A DNA stretch of 64,000 bases from Candidatus Kaelpia imicola (GTDB lineage Bacteria > Omnitrophota > Gorgyraeia > Kaelpiales > Kaelpiaceae): positions 34,679 through 98,678 of the forward strand of contig JAVCCL010000026.1 in NCBI GenBank assembly GCA_030765505.1, in the 5' to 3' direction. The notes below the pieces were generated by a model. That model did no database searches. It was not told the DNA's origin and worked only from the letters and a program-made list of their open reading frames with translations. This document shows, one piece after another, positions 1 through 9,993 of this stretch. Both the position numbers and the translations under genes were made by a program. The first letter of the stretch is position 1, and every line of letters starts with the position of its first letter.

Positions 1-1
1 C

Positions 2-178
2 TTTAGAAATAGATACTATCTTATTATAAAACATTTTCGCTTAAGAGATTTGCCGTATTTAATCTTGTCGCTATTTTTTTATGATCTGCCGCGAGTATTT
101 TATTTGGCAACGGTTGATTATAAGATGGTAGAGAGATCTCTGGCTGATCTGAGTACTATGTTATGGAAAGAGAACTAA
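2..178 (+). CDS. 3' end of a glycosyltransferase, probably GT2 family (partial, runs off the window start)
   Basis: Frame 2 is open from the window start to TAA at 176-178 (FRNRYYLIIKHFRLRDLPYLILSLFFYDLPR...). This resembles the C-terminal 'KNRY...LPYILLYD' region of the GT2 at 17665. It overlaps the wzm start. Confidence 0.6.
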   Translation, partial: FRNRYYLIIKHFRLRDLPYLILSLFFYDLPRVFYLATVDYKMVERSLADLSTMLWKEN

Positions 179-936
179 TATTAAAGAACATAAAAAACCT
201 TAAAGAGTTAACCGTTCGTAATATACGTTTAAAATATGCCTCTACACTCTTAGGCGTAGCCTGGGCCGGTTTGATACCGCTTCTTCTTATGGGTGTGATA
301 GGCTTTGTTTTTATCAGAGTCTTTGGGGTCTCTAAGGAGAATTTCCATGTTTTTGTTCTTTCGGCTCTGATTCCCTGGCTCTATTTTTCCAACGTTATAG
401 TCGAATCTACAGAGGCATTTATGAGAGAAAAATCTATTATGAATCAGTTTGACTTTTCAAAGATCATCTATCCGCTATCCATTGTTCTTTCAAATACGGT
501 TGAGCATATAATAGCCATTCTCTTCCTATTGCCTGTATTTATCTTTTTTAATAAGGCCTTGATTTTTAAATTTCCATTACTGGTCTTACCGATTCTAATC
601 GCTGTAGTATTTGCAGCTGCATTATCTTTGATGGCGGCTATAGTAACTCTATATTTCAGAGATTTCCGGCATCTTCTTGGAGTTCTCTTAATGGCTCTCT
701 TCTGGCTTACCCCGGTTTTCTATTCGCCTTACATGGTTCCTGAGAATATAAGGTTCCTGATATTCTTAAATCCTTTAACATATTTTATCGAACTCTATAG
801 AGGTATATTTATTGCCGGCTACAACCCCTTTTTAAAGAATACATACCTCTATGTTTTAATAATAGGGGTTATCTCTGTTTTATTTGGATTCCTGTTATAC
901 AGAAAAACAGAGAGAGAGATATTGAAGAGGAATTAA
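163..936 (+). CDS. wzm: ABC-2 type polysaccharide exporter permease (Wzm/RfbA-like)
   Basis: 'RNIRLKYASTLLGVAW', 'FRDFRHL', 'FWLTPVFY', 'LNPLTYFIELYR' and about 6 TM helices. Lies directly upstream of an ABC ATPase. Confidence 0.92.
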   Translation: MERELILKNIKNLKELTVRNIRLKYASTLLGVAWAGLIPLLLMGVIGFVFIRVFGVSKENFHVFVLSALIPWLYFSNVIVESTEAFMREKSIMNQFDFSKIIYPLSIVLSNTVEHIIAILFLLPVFIFFNKALIFKFPLLVLPILIAVVFAAALSLMAAIVTLYFRDFRHLLGVLLMALFWLTPVFYSPYMVPENIRFLIFLNPLTYFIELYRGIFIAGYNPFLKNTYLYVLIIGVISVLFGFLLYRKTEREILKRN

Positions 937-937
937 G

Positions 938-2827
938 ATGAGCGATACTATAGCAGCAATAAAGATGGAGGGGCTCTGTGAGTATTACAGGGTAAGGTTT
1001 TCCTATCCCGATAAGTCTGTTGATAGAGAGATAAAAGCTCTTGAGGATGTAAGCCTTGAAATCAAAAAAGGAGAGTCCGTAGCGCTGCTCGGCCCAAATG
1101 GGGCTGGAAAGACTACGTTGCTTAAGTCGATTGCGGGAATACTCAAGCCGGACTCTGGGACTATAAATGTGGAGGGTAGAGTGAGAGGTATCTTTGCTCT
1201 TGAGGCAGGATTTATCCCCGATCTTACAGGATATGAGAATCTTAAAATGGTACTCAAGCTTTATGAGATAGAGAATGAGGCTGTTCTAAGAAATATAGTT
1301 GAATTCTCTGAACTTGGAGATTTTATATATGCTCCTTTAAAGACTTATTCCCAGGGGATGTATCTACGTTTGGCATTCTCTCTGGCCATACATACAGATC
1401 CGGATATCTTGATAGTAGATGATATTCTAGCAGTCGGAGACTACCATTTTCAGCGGAAATGCGTAAAGAGAATAAAAGAGATTACAGACTCTGAAAAGAC
1501 AGTGATTATAGTGACCCATAATTTTGATTTAGCAGAACAGTTATGTTCAAAATGTATAGTTTTAGAGAAAGGTAAAATATTTGCAGAAGGTAATATAAGC
1601 GAGATGAGAAATATATTCTTTGAAATAGCAGGAGATCTCTGGGGCAGCGGTTATATCAAAAATAGAGATCTCAATGTCGTATTTAATAATGGGAAGATTA
1701 TCTTAAGATATAAAGGTACTCCTTTAACGGCTGATATGGGCGGTTTCTTGAGTTTTAGAAAAGATGGCGGTGTTCTCTATTCGACCGATTTTAAATGGGA
1801 CGTAAAAGAATACAAAGATAGATTGACGGCGTATGGGCTAAATAAAGAAGAGGAGATATGTAAGGTAGAGTTAGAGTTAAACCCTGAAGGTATAAACTAT
1901 ACTTTAGAGGGCAGATATCCAGAGCTTGAAATAAATTTTATGCTTAAAGATGTATATTTAGAAGCCCGGATGGATGATGATTCGATTGAGCTCCCTATAG
2001 TAGGAAGAGAACTTGCGAGAGAGTGGAAGAAGATAGCCGAGGCTAAGACAAACTATGTAAAACTGATACCCGAATCTGGCAAAGGATATCCCGAAGTATC
2101 TTTTATAGTTTACTCCGATAAAGAGGCAAAGATAGAGCTCTTCAACCATTATTTCAATACCTCTATGAGGATAGTACGGATTACAACATCTCAACCCCGC
2201 ATCAATATCTGCATGATATTGAATCCTGTTCAAAGAGGGGGAGCGGAAAATATCGACTTAAAAAGTAATGTAGTCTTAAAAGAGTTAATTAAGCTAATAA
2301 ACAGCAATCTGATGGAGCTGTGGAATATAGATACTCCTCTGTTAAAAGCGATTAACTTTATCTCTCATTTTCAAGAAGAGGTATTCGAAGATTTTAAATG
2401 CGAATTGTTAAATCAGTCAGATTTGTCAAATCTGCAAATGATAATAAAATTTTCTAAAATTGACGTCTCCCTGCTTTTGATAGTAAGCATAAACTCTTCG
2501 GGTTTAACTTTTAATTTTTCTTCTTTTACTCCCGGTGCTGCTGTCCATTTAACAGGTATAGGGTTTGTATTGGATTCAAGAGCAAAATACAGGTACTATA
2601 ATTCCGATATAATTGAAGGGGTGGTTGGAGAAGAGACCAGTGTACTGACAACGGACTCTCTGACGCTCTCTTCTTCAAAAGACAACATGCCGGAATTAAA
2701 ACTTACTTTAAACAACCCTACAAGTTTAGAGATTATAGAGGATTGGTATTATAAGAGTGCTACTAATTTAAATTTTTCGCCCCATTTAAGAGAGAATAGT
2801 TTTTCAATCAAAATAGCGGTATTATGA
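938..2827 (+). CDS. wzt: Polysaccharide ABC exporter ATPase (Wzt-like) with a ~390-aa C-terminal extension
   Basis: Walker A GPNGAGKTT, signature YSQGM, Walker B ILIVDD and 'AVGDYHFQRKC', typical of Wzt/TagH. The extension has two copies of a beta-rich domain. Confidence 0.9.
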   Translation: MSDTIAAIKMEGLCEYYRVRFSYPDKSVDREIKALEDVSLEIKKGESVALLGPNGAGKTTLLKSIAGILKPDSGTINVEGRVRGIFALEAGFIPDLTGYENLKMVLKLYEIENEAVLRNIVEFSELGDFIYAPLKTYSQGMYLRLAFSLAIHTDPDILIVDDILAVGDYHFQRKCVKRIKEITDSEKTVIIVTHNFDLAEQLCSKCIVLEKGKIFAEGNISEMRNIFFEIAGDLWGSGYIKNRDLNVVFNNGKIILRYKGTPLTADMGGFLSFRKDGGVLYSTDFKWDVKEYKDRLTAYGLNKEEEICKVELELNPEGINYTLEGRYPELEINFMLKDVYLEARMDDDSIELPIVGRELAREWKKIAEAKTNYVKLIPESGKGYPEVSFIVYSDKEAKIELFNHYFNTSMRIVRITTSQPRINICMILNPVQRGGAENIDLKSNVVLKELIKLINSNLMELWNIDTPLLKAINFISHFQEEVFEDFKCELLNQSDLSNLQMIIKFSKIDVSLLLIVSINSSGLTFNFSSFTPGAAVHLTGIGFVLDSRAKYRYYNSDIIEGVVGEETSVLTTDSLTLSSSKDNMPELKLTLNNPTSLEIIEDWYYKSATNLNFSPHLRENSFSIKIAVL

Positions 2828-3483
2828 AGAAGAACCATATAGAGAGAGATGGTATTAAACTGGAGTTTCTTTTAGGATATGCCGCCTTAAGCTATAGGAA
2901 TATTATACTAAGTAAAAGTTGTGGATTGTATTCCAGCATCTATCATAACAATACTTGGTATGATTCGCGCTTTGCAACATGGCAGATATTAGATTCAAAT
3001 AAGGAGAGTATATCTTTATACGGAGAGTGGGCAAATCTTCCTCACAGACAGAGCTGGGATTTTAAGTTCAAAGACGGTAAATTACATTGGACTCTAAGAT
3101 GGGAAAATTTGAGGGATTTAAGCTTAGATATGATCCAACAGAATTTTATGCTTATAGATGAATATACTGATTTTTTGGTCAAGGATTATGCTCAGGGTAA
3201 ATTTCCAGAATATTTCTCTAATTTTAAAGGCTTGCTTTGGGATAGAATCTGGTCTATGCCTCAACTGAAAGATAGCCAGATAACATTTAAATCGGCCAAT
3301 AGCTCTGTACCGAATTTAACCTGGATATCGGTTTTAACCAAAAAAGATACCTTATGTGTGATTGAGAATACAGGTTTTGAAGATTCAGCCAGAGTATTAC
3401 AATTACTTTTTGTAAATACAGAAGGCGGTCCAATCAAAGACAACTGTACCATATCGCTAGAGAGTGTGCTGAAAATTGATTAA
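2824..3483 (+). CDS. Hypothetical protein, stand-alone copy of the Wzt C-terminal beta-rich domain
   Basis: ATGA overlap with wzt. Shares NFML..Y, (V/Y/F)P.L.(W/F) and IENT....R.LQ motifs with the Wzt tail and the next ORF. Confidence 0.75.
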   Translation: MKKNHIERDGIKLEFLLGYAALSYRNIILSKSCGLYSSIYHNNTWYDSRFATWQILDSNKESISLYGEWANLPHRQSWDFKFKDGKLHWTLRWENLRDLSLDMIQQNFMLIDEYTDFLVKDYAQGKFPEYFSNFKGLLWDRIWSMPQLKDSQITFKSANSSVPNLTWISVLTKKDTLCVIENTGFEDSARVLQLLFVNTEGGPIKDNCTISLESVLKID

Positions 3484-4243
3484 GAGAGCCAAGCTTATTT
3501 TAAAAAAACTGCCATCTTTTTTAAAAGATAAGGGTATAATTATAACTTCTATTAAAATCTATGAGTATCTGCTCTTTAGAACTGCAGAGAGAAAAAAGAG
3601 AAAGGCAAAACCACTCTCAATCTTAAAAGATGATATTACGGTAATCACAAACTCAAAAGGTGTAAGTTTAATAGCAGGGGGAAGATTTATCACAAATAAT
3701 GTCGGGTTCCATAGCGCTATTAAAAATCTGGAAAAATGGCACGATTCAACACAGGCCGAATTTAAGTTTATAAAAAGAGCAGGTTCTCTTATTATCAAAG
3801 AGTGGTGGTGGAATCTGCCTCTTAAGTATAAATGGGTCTTTACTCTTAAAGAGAGAAGTATTCTTTGGAAAGGCTCGCTCATAGTCGAGAACTATATTAT
3901 GATTGAAGTGATAAAAACTGGTTTAATTGTTAATAATATTTATGACAGTCTGGTTCTGGGTAAGAAGAGTCTGGACTTACCTGAAAAGAGCCTTCAATGG
4001 CAGGAGATGGATAGGATCGGGAAAAGAACTCTCTTGACTCTAGGCGTTAAAGATAACCCTCTCAGCTTCCCGGATTTGAAATTCAAGATAATCAACTCGC
4101 TCTATCCCTGTAAGATGATAGTACAGAATACAGATAATTATCTTAACGGTAGGTTGCTGCAGATGATCATGGAAGATGAGAGAGAGTACAGGTCGGGCGA
4201 ATATGAGCTTTTTGAGTTGGAGATTTCGGTTATTAAGAAATGA
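3476..4243 (+). CDS. Hypothetical protein: basic amphipathic N-terminus plus a copy of the same beta-rich domain
   Basis: Overlaps both neighbours. WHDS/WYDS, W.NLP and QNT....RLLQ motifs are shared with 2824..3483. Confidence 0.75.
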   Translation: MIKRAKLILKKLPSFLKDKGIIITSIKIYEYLLFRTAERKKRKAKPLSILKDDITVITNSKGVSLIAGGRFITNNVGFHSAIKNLEKWHDSTQAEFKFIKRAGSLIIKEWWWNLPLKYKWVFTLKERSILWKGSLIVENYIMIEVIKTGLIVNNIYDSLVLGKKSLDLPEKSLQWQEMDRIGKRTLLTLGVKDNPLSFPDLKFKIINSLYPCKMIVQNTDNYLNGRLLQMIMEDEREYRSGEYELFELEISVIKK

Positions 4244-7200
4244 AAGTAGCGCTTCTAAATATGCCTTGGAAATGTCACGGACTCTGGGGGGTAAGAGCGG
4301 GTTCACGCTGGCCTCATCTAAGAGATCCAAATAATGAAAGAGATTATCTGCCTTATCCTTTTTTCTTGGGTTATGCAGCGGCATTATTAAAAAAGAATGG
4401 ATTCAGTGCGGTTCTCATAGATGCAATAGCAGAACAGATAGAGATGCCTGATTTCATAAGGGCTCTTGAGGAGGAGAGACCTGATCTGATAGTTGCCGAG
4501 ACATCAACTCCCTCTTTAGATTACGACCTCTCTCTTGCTCAAAGAATAAGAGATATCGCCCCTATTGCATTCTGCGGTCCGGAACAGAACATAAGAGATG
4601 TAGATTTTTTAAAGGAAAGAGATTTTATCGACTATGTCTTAATCGGCGAATATGAAAATATACTTCTCAGCCTGGCTTCTGCTTTAAGAGATAGGAGGCC
4701 GCTCTCTAAAGTAAAAGGTATAATTTATAGAGAGAACGGCAGAATAGTTAAAAACGGCCAGGCTGACTTAATAAAAGAATTAGATACCCTTCCCTGGCCT
4801 CAGAGAGAAGGTCTTTTTATGGAGCATTATGTCGATGCTCCCGGCGGTATGCCTCTACCGTCTGCCCAGATGTGGACATCGCGAGGCTGCCCCTTTAAAT
4901 GTATATTCTGTCTCTGGCCTCACATAATGTATCACGGTAATACTTACCGAATACGGGATATTTTCAATGTGGTAGATGAGATGGAGTATCTTATAAAAGA
5001 GAGATGTTTCAAATCCATATATATTGATGATGATACTGCAAACGTGAATAAAAAGTTTTTGATGGGAATTGCGGCTGAGATCAAAAGAAGGAAGTTGAAA
5101 TTCCCCTGGGCTATCATGGCCAGGCCAGACCTTATGGATAGAGAGTTACTCTTTAGTTTGCGCCAGGCAGGGTTATATAGCGTAAAATATGGGGTTGAGT
5201 CATCTTCTCAGAGGCTTATTAAAAACGCCAATAAGAATATGGATTTAAAATACGCGCTTAAGATGATCAGGCTAACCCACTCTTTGGGCATAAAGACACA
5301 TCTTACCTTCACTTTTGGACTACCTGGGGAGACAAAGAAGACAATAGAGAGGACGATAGACCTGGCTTGTGAACTAAACCCTTACTCGGTTCAGTTCTCT
5401 CTGACTACGCCATTCCCCGGGACAAGTTATTTTAAAAGTCTTAAAGAGAAGGGCTGGATTGAGCCGGATGATTGGAGTTCTTTTGACGGACATAAAGCCT
5501 CTATTGTAAATCTTACCGGTCTTAAGTCAGAGGAGCTGGAAAGGTCTCTGTTTAAGGCCTATAGAGTGTGGAATCAGAGTAAGAGAGACTCTCTGCTTAA
5601 GAAAACTAAAATCGAAGAGATAAAGTCATTTTGGAACTACCTCAATCTCTATGGTGTTAAATTTGCATTACAGAAAAAATCTTCTTACCTGCATGTAAAA
5701 CAGCAATTAAAGGCTGAAGAAGGCAGCAGACAACAGCAAGCCGAGAATAATGCTGTATTGAAAGGTATCTTGAGCGGCCATACCACTTATAGCGGTCCCA
5801 AAATAGCAGTTATAGATATAACCAATAAATGTAATTTAAACTGTATAGGCTGCTGGCTCTATTCACCCTATCTAAAAGGAGTAAAGAGAGAGAGATTAGA
5901 AGAAGAGCTGGATTTAAATACCATAAAAGATGTTGTTGATGAGCTCCATAAGGGAGGGGTAGAGGAGATACAGATCTCAGGCGGCGGAGAACCGCTGATT
6001 CACCCTGATCTTTTAAAAATCGTTAAATATATAAAGATAAAGAAGATACGCTTACACCTTGTGACTAACTTTACTCTCTTCAACAAAAAACTCATAGATG
6101 AACTCTTTAAACTCCGGATAGACTATATTACTATCAGTCTCTGGGCAGGAGATGCAAAGACCTACCTTAAGACACATCCAGGTTCAAAGCCTGATATGTT
6201 TGAGAAGATAGCCGTAAACATAGAATATTTGCTTAAGAGAAGAGAGGAGGATAGACCGATTGTCAAAATATATAATGTGATATCCAAGGTAAACTATCGT
6301 AACATTCCTCAAATGCTGGATTTTGCATTAGATAGAGGGGTAGACTATCTTGAGTTTCAGTTGATGGAGCCAATAGAAGGCAAGACAGAGCATCTGGTTG
6401 TTACAAAGAAAGAGGCTCTTGATATTAATGAGATGCTTATTCGGTTTAAAGATCGCAAAGATTATGTACCGGATTTTATATCAAATGAAGATCTTGAAGT
6501 TTTTGAGTTGTCTTCACATAAAAACGAGCTTAAGGATTTTGGTAGATTTTTAAAGAAGTTCAGAAAGGGGTTCAACCTCACTAACGGCATAAGGCTGGCA
6601 AGATGCCCTGACGGAAAGTACAGCGAAAAGAGAGTACCTTATCCGCCAAAAGATGTAAGACATATAAACTATTATTTTAATCGGGATATATGCAGAGGGT
6701 GCAAGCTGCATCAAAAATGCTATAAGGAGAATAGCGAGACACCGCTTGAAGTAGATCTTTTGACGGTTTTAGGAATTGAGACTTTTCTGAGGCGTGTAGA
6801 TTCAATATCCAAAGAACGCTTAAATTTAGATGGGGAGTTCGTAGATTCGCTGCCCTGTTATGTAGGATGGTATTTTACAAGGATAACCACCAGCGGTGAT
6901 GTTAAACCCTGCTGCAAGGCGGAGGATATAGTGCTTGGCAATATTAAAGAGAGCCGTTTTCAGGATATATTCTCATCCAGCTCTTACAATAGGTTCCGTT
7001 ATAACTGCAAGAATCTCTCTAAAAAAGAGGACTATTTCTCAACTATAGATTGCTACAGAGTCTGCGATAATCTCGGAATGAACCTAAATACCCATAGAGA
7101 GATATTGGATAATATTAGACTCAGAGACTATAGTTCTTCGGATGTTAAATACCATAAGAGAAGCATTGTAATACCGGCTAAAAGTTTTAAGTACGGTAAT

Positions 7201-9993
7201 CTCAATAGAGATAACAACTCTTTTGGTGATGAGATAGTTGTAGATGGAGGAGCTGGTTTTGGGTATGCAGAGTACAGTATAGAGATTTCAACTCCCGGAT
7301 TTTATGAACTCTATATTAGATATGCTTCCGAGATACCAAGACCTGTTGAGCTCAGGATAGACAATGAGTATCTTGGTAAAATCGCAAAAGCTACGACAGG
7401 CGGCTGGGAGAGAAAGTATCTTAAATATTCTAAAGAACTGGAGCATTATTTTGATGCAGGAATTCATAAGATAGAGATATACTCTTCTCTCTATATCCCG
7501 CACATAGAGAGATTTGAACTGAGAGTTAAAAACAGAGAGAGAGAGCTGCCTCTCTGTGACCCGTCAACGCTCTATGGTAAAAAAGCCCCCTTAGAAATAA
7601 TAAAGGAATCATTTAAAACGCATGGAGCAAGACTAACTTTAAAGAGAATTTTAAAATTCTTAAAACCCGGCAATCTTATCAGCAGCTACCTGGATATTAT
7701 AGGCATATTTGACTCAAAATATGCCTATAAGGGCCCTTTTCATGTCCAGATAGATCTGACCAACAACTGTAATAATGATTGTATAGGGTGCTGGTGTAAT
7801 TCACCTCTCCTGGAGGAGCAGAGAATGCCCTCTGAATTAAAAAAACAGTATATACCTTTCAATACTCTCAAAGGTGTTTTAAATGAGGTAAAAGAGGTGG
7901 GTGCAAAAGAGGTCTATTATTCCGGCGGCGGAGAGCCTTTCATGCATCCTGAGATAATGGAAGTCTTAGAATATACAAAAAGGTTGGGATTGATCTGTTA
8001 TGTAAACACAAATTTTACACTGCTTGACAAGAATAAGATTGATCGCCTGATAGCAATTGGAGTCGACCATCTGACAGTAAGTATTTGGGCTGGGAGTGCA
8101 GAGACTTACTCCGATACTCATCCTAATAAGAGCAAAGAGATATTCTATAAAATAAAAGAGAATCTGATATACCTTAACCGCAATAAGAATAGAGCTCCGC
8201 TGATAAAGCTTTATGAGGTAATATTCAACCTTAATTATCACGAGATAAAAGAGATGATCGATTTTGCGCGCAGCAGCTGCTGTGAATCCGTTGAATTTAC
8301 TCTTATAGATACTATCCCGGGTAAGACCGGCAGACTCTCTTTAAATAAGAGGGAGAGAGAAGAGCTTTACAGTAATTGCAGCGAAATATCCAAAGAGTTA
8401 GCTCCTAACTTCAATTACAGAGGAGTTCACCTCTTCAGGTTTGATCAGTTCATGAGAAGATTGAGCGAAGATGAAGCTGTTAGAGAGGCAAAGTATGACA
8501 GGAATATCATTGACTCAATGCCTTGCTATATCGGCTGGCTCTTTGCCCGAATACTTCCGGATGGCAATATCAACACCTGCTTGAAATCGCACAGGTTTCC
8601 TGTGGGTAATATCTACGAGGGGAGCTTCCGTGAAATCTGGAATTCACCCAGACAGATATACTGCAGAGAGAAGATGCTTTGCTATGAGAAAAAGGATCCT
8701 TTCTTTAAGATTATCGGTAATGATCCAGACATAGAAGAGGCAGGATGTTATAAGAGCTGCGATGATATAGGGCGTAATCTTCACATGCATAAGAAGATTA
8801 TGTCCTTAACAAAGCTGGAAAGATTAGTCTTGAGATTAATAGCCAAATATAAGAAGAAGAGCAGGATAAAAAGGAGAGACGGCCTTAAGGAGCTGAGTCA
8901 AGTTCAGATGGAAGATAAGGTAAGAGCAGGTATTATAACCTCCAGGAAGGCTTTTCAGGGGCCGGAGCATATTGTTATGGATTTAACCAACAGGTGTCAG
9001 TTGAGGTGTAACGGCTGCTGGCTCTACTCTCCTCTTCTTAAGACAAACAAGCCTTCGTCAGAATGGTTAAATAAGGAGATCCCGCTATATAGCGCTAAAA
9101 GCTTCATAAGAGAAGCAATAGCTATGGGGCTTAAGATAATACGTTTTACAGGCGGAGGAGAACCTCTGCTTTATAAAGGGGTCTTTGAATTGATTGAGAT
9201 AGCCAAGTCAAACGGTGTTAAGACCTGTCTTACGAGCAATTTTTACGGTTTAGATAAAGAGAGAGTGAAAAGGCTTGCAGATTTAAATCTGGATGAACTT
9301 GCTTTGAGTATCTGGGCCCCGGACCCCCAGACTTACGCTCTGCTGCATCCCGGGACAGAGAGAGAAGATTTTCTTAAGATAAAAGAGGGTATAGCCCTCT
9401 TTAACTCTATTAAGGCTAAAGATACCAAGGTTACAATAGCGAATGTCATTAGCAGCCAGAATTTTAAGAAGATAAAAGAGATGGTCGATTTTGCTTTAGA
9501 GACAAGGTCGGATGCTCTATATTTCACTCTCGTAGATACATTTAAGGGGGAGACCGATACCCTGCTTTTAAAAGAAGATCAGCTTGTGCAATTGAATTCT
9601 GATCTTAAAAGTATTCTCTCCTCTCTTAAAGATAATAGAATAGAGATAGAGAACCTTAATGGTTTTATTGAAAGGCTGAATTCAAATAATAGATTTGGTA
9701 ATTACGACAGAGAGAGGATCGATAGAGTTTCATGCTATGTCGGCTGGTATTTTCTGCGCATCTTGGCGGATGGTTCCGCTGTTCCATGCTGCAGGGGGGT
9801 AGATTATATTATGGGTAATATCAACATTTCATCGCTCTCTGATATCTGGTATTCCAGAAAGTATGATGGTTTTAGGCATAGAGCAAAGAATTTCAAAAAA
9901 GACCATCCTTTCTTTATGAAGATGGACTGCTATAAAGAGTGTGATAATTTTATGCATAACGAACAAGTCCATGAAAGAGTAAGCCGAAAATAG
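4240..9993 (+). CDS. Giant (1917 aa) tetra-radical-SAM protein: cobalamin-binding radical SAM + radical SAM/SPASM + CBM-like module + 2x radical SAM/SPASM
   Basis: CxxxCxxC motifs CPFKCIFC (~4888), CNLNCIGC (~5830), CNNDCIGC (~7768), CQLRCNGC (~8995). Modules 2-4 have GGGEP motifs and C-terminal 'CY(V/I)GW...C(C/L)...GNI...CY..CD' domains. The N-terminus has an HpnJ-like 'AGSRWP' motif. Confidence 0.92.
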   Translation: MKVALLNMPWKCHGLWGVRAGSRWPHLRDPNNERDYLPYPFFLGYAAALLKKNGFSAVLIDAIAEQIEMPDFIRALEEERPDLIVAETSTPSLDYDLSLAQRIRDIAPIAFCGPEQNIRDVDFLKERDFIDYVLIGEYENILLSLASALRDRRPLSKVKGIIYRENGRIVKNGQADLIKELDTLPWPQREGLFMEHYVDAPGGMPLPSAQMWTSRGCPFKCIFCLWPHIMYHGNTYRIRDIFNVVDEMEYLIKERCFKSIYIDDDTANVNKKFLMGIAAEIKRRKLKFPWAIMARPDLMDRELLFSLRQAGLYSVKYGVESSSQRLIKNANKNMDLKYALKMIRLTHSLGIKTHLTFTFGLPGETKKTIERTIDLACELNPYSVQFSLTTPFPGTSYFKSLKEKGWIEPDDWSSFDGHKASIVNLTGLKSEELERSLFKAYRVWNQSKRDSLLKKTKIEEIKSFWNYLNLYGVKFALQKKSSYLHVKQQLKAEEGSRQQQAENNAVLKGILSGHTTYSGPKIAVIDITNKCNLNCIGCWLYSPYLKGVKRERLEEELDLNTIKDVVDELHKGGVEEIQISGGGEPLIHPDLLKIVKYIKIKKIRLHLVTNFTLFNKKLIDELFKLRIDYITISLWAGDAKTYLKTHPGSKPDMFEKIAVNIEYLLKRREEDRPIVKIYNVISKVNYRNIPQMLDFALDRGVDYLEFQLMEPIEGKTEHLVVTKKEALDINEMLIRFKDRKDYVPDFISNEDLEVFELSSHKNELKDFGRFLKKFRKGFNLTNGIRLARCPDGKYSEKRVPYPPKDVRHINYYFNRDICRGCKLHQKCYKENSETPLEVDLLTVLGIETFLRRVDSISKERLNLDGEFVDSLPCYVGWYFTRITTSGDVKPCCKAEDIVLGNIKESRFQDIFSSSSYNRFRYNCKNLSKKEDYFSTIDCYRVCDNLGMNLNTHREILDNIRLRDYSSSDVKYHKRSIVIPAKSFKYGNLNRDNNSFGDEIVVDGGAGFGYAEYSIEISTPGFYELYIRYASEIPRPVELRIDNEYLGKIAKATTGGWERKYLKYSKELEHYFDAGIHKIEIYSSLYIPHIERFELRVKNRERELPLCDPSTLYGKKAPLEIIKESFKTHGARLTLKRILKFLKPGNLISSYLDIIGIFDSKYAYKGPFHVQIDLTNNCNNDCIGCWCNSPLLEEQRMPSELKKQYIPFNTLKGVLNEVKEVGAKEVYYSGGGEPFMHPEIMEVLEYTKRLGLICYVNTNFTLLDKNKIDRLIAIGVDHLTVSIWAGSAETYSDTHPNKSKEIFYKIKENLIYLNRNKNRAPLIKLYEVIFNLNYHEIKEMIDFARSSCCESVEFTLIDTIPGKTGRLSLNKREREELYSNCSEISKELAPNFNYRGVHLFRFDQFMRRLSEDEAVREAKYDRNIIDSMPCYIGWLFARILPDGNINTCLKSHRFPVGNIYEGSFREIWNSPRQIYCREKMLCYEKKDPFFKIIGNDPDIEEAGCYKSCDDIGRNLHMHKKIMSLTKLERLVLRLIAKYKKKSRIKRRDGLKELSQVQMEDKVRAGIITSRKAFQGPEHIVMDLTNRCQLRCNGCWLYSPLLKTNKPSSEWLNKEIPLYSAKSFIREAIAMGLKIIRFTGGGEPLLYKGVFELIEIAKSNGVKTCLTSNFYGLDKERVKRLADLNLDELALSIWAPDPQTYALLHPGTEREDFLKIKEGIALFNSIKAKDTKVTIANVISSQNFKKIKEMVDFALETRSDALYFTLVDTFKGETDTLLLKEDQLVQLNSDLKSILSSLKDNRIEIENLNGFIERLNSNNRFGNYDRERIDRVSCYVGWYFLRILADGSAVPCCRGVDYIMGNINISSLSDIWYSRKYDGFRHRAKNFKKDHPFFMKMDCYKECDNFMHNEQVHERVSRK

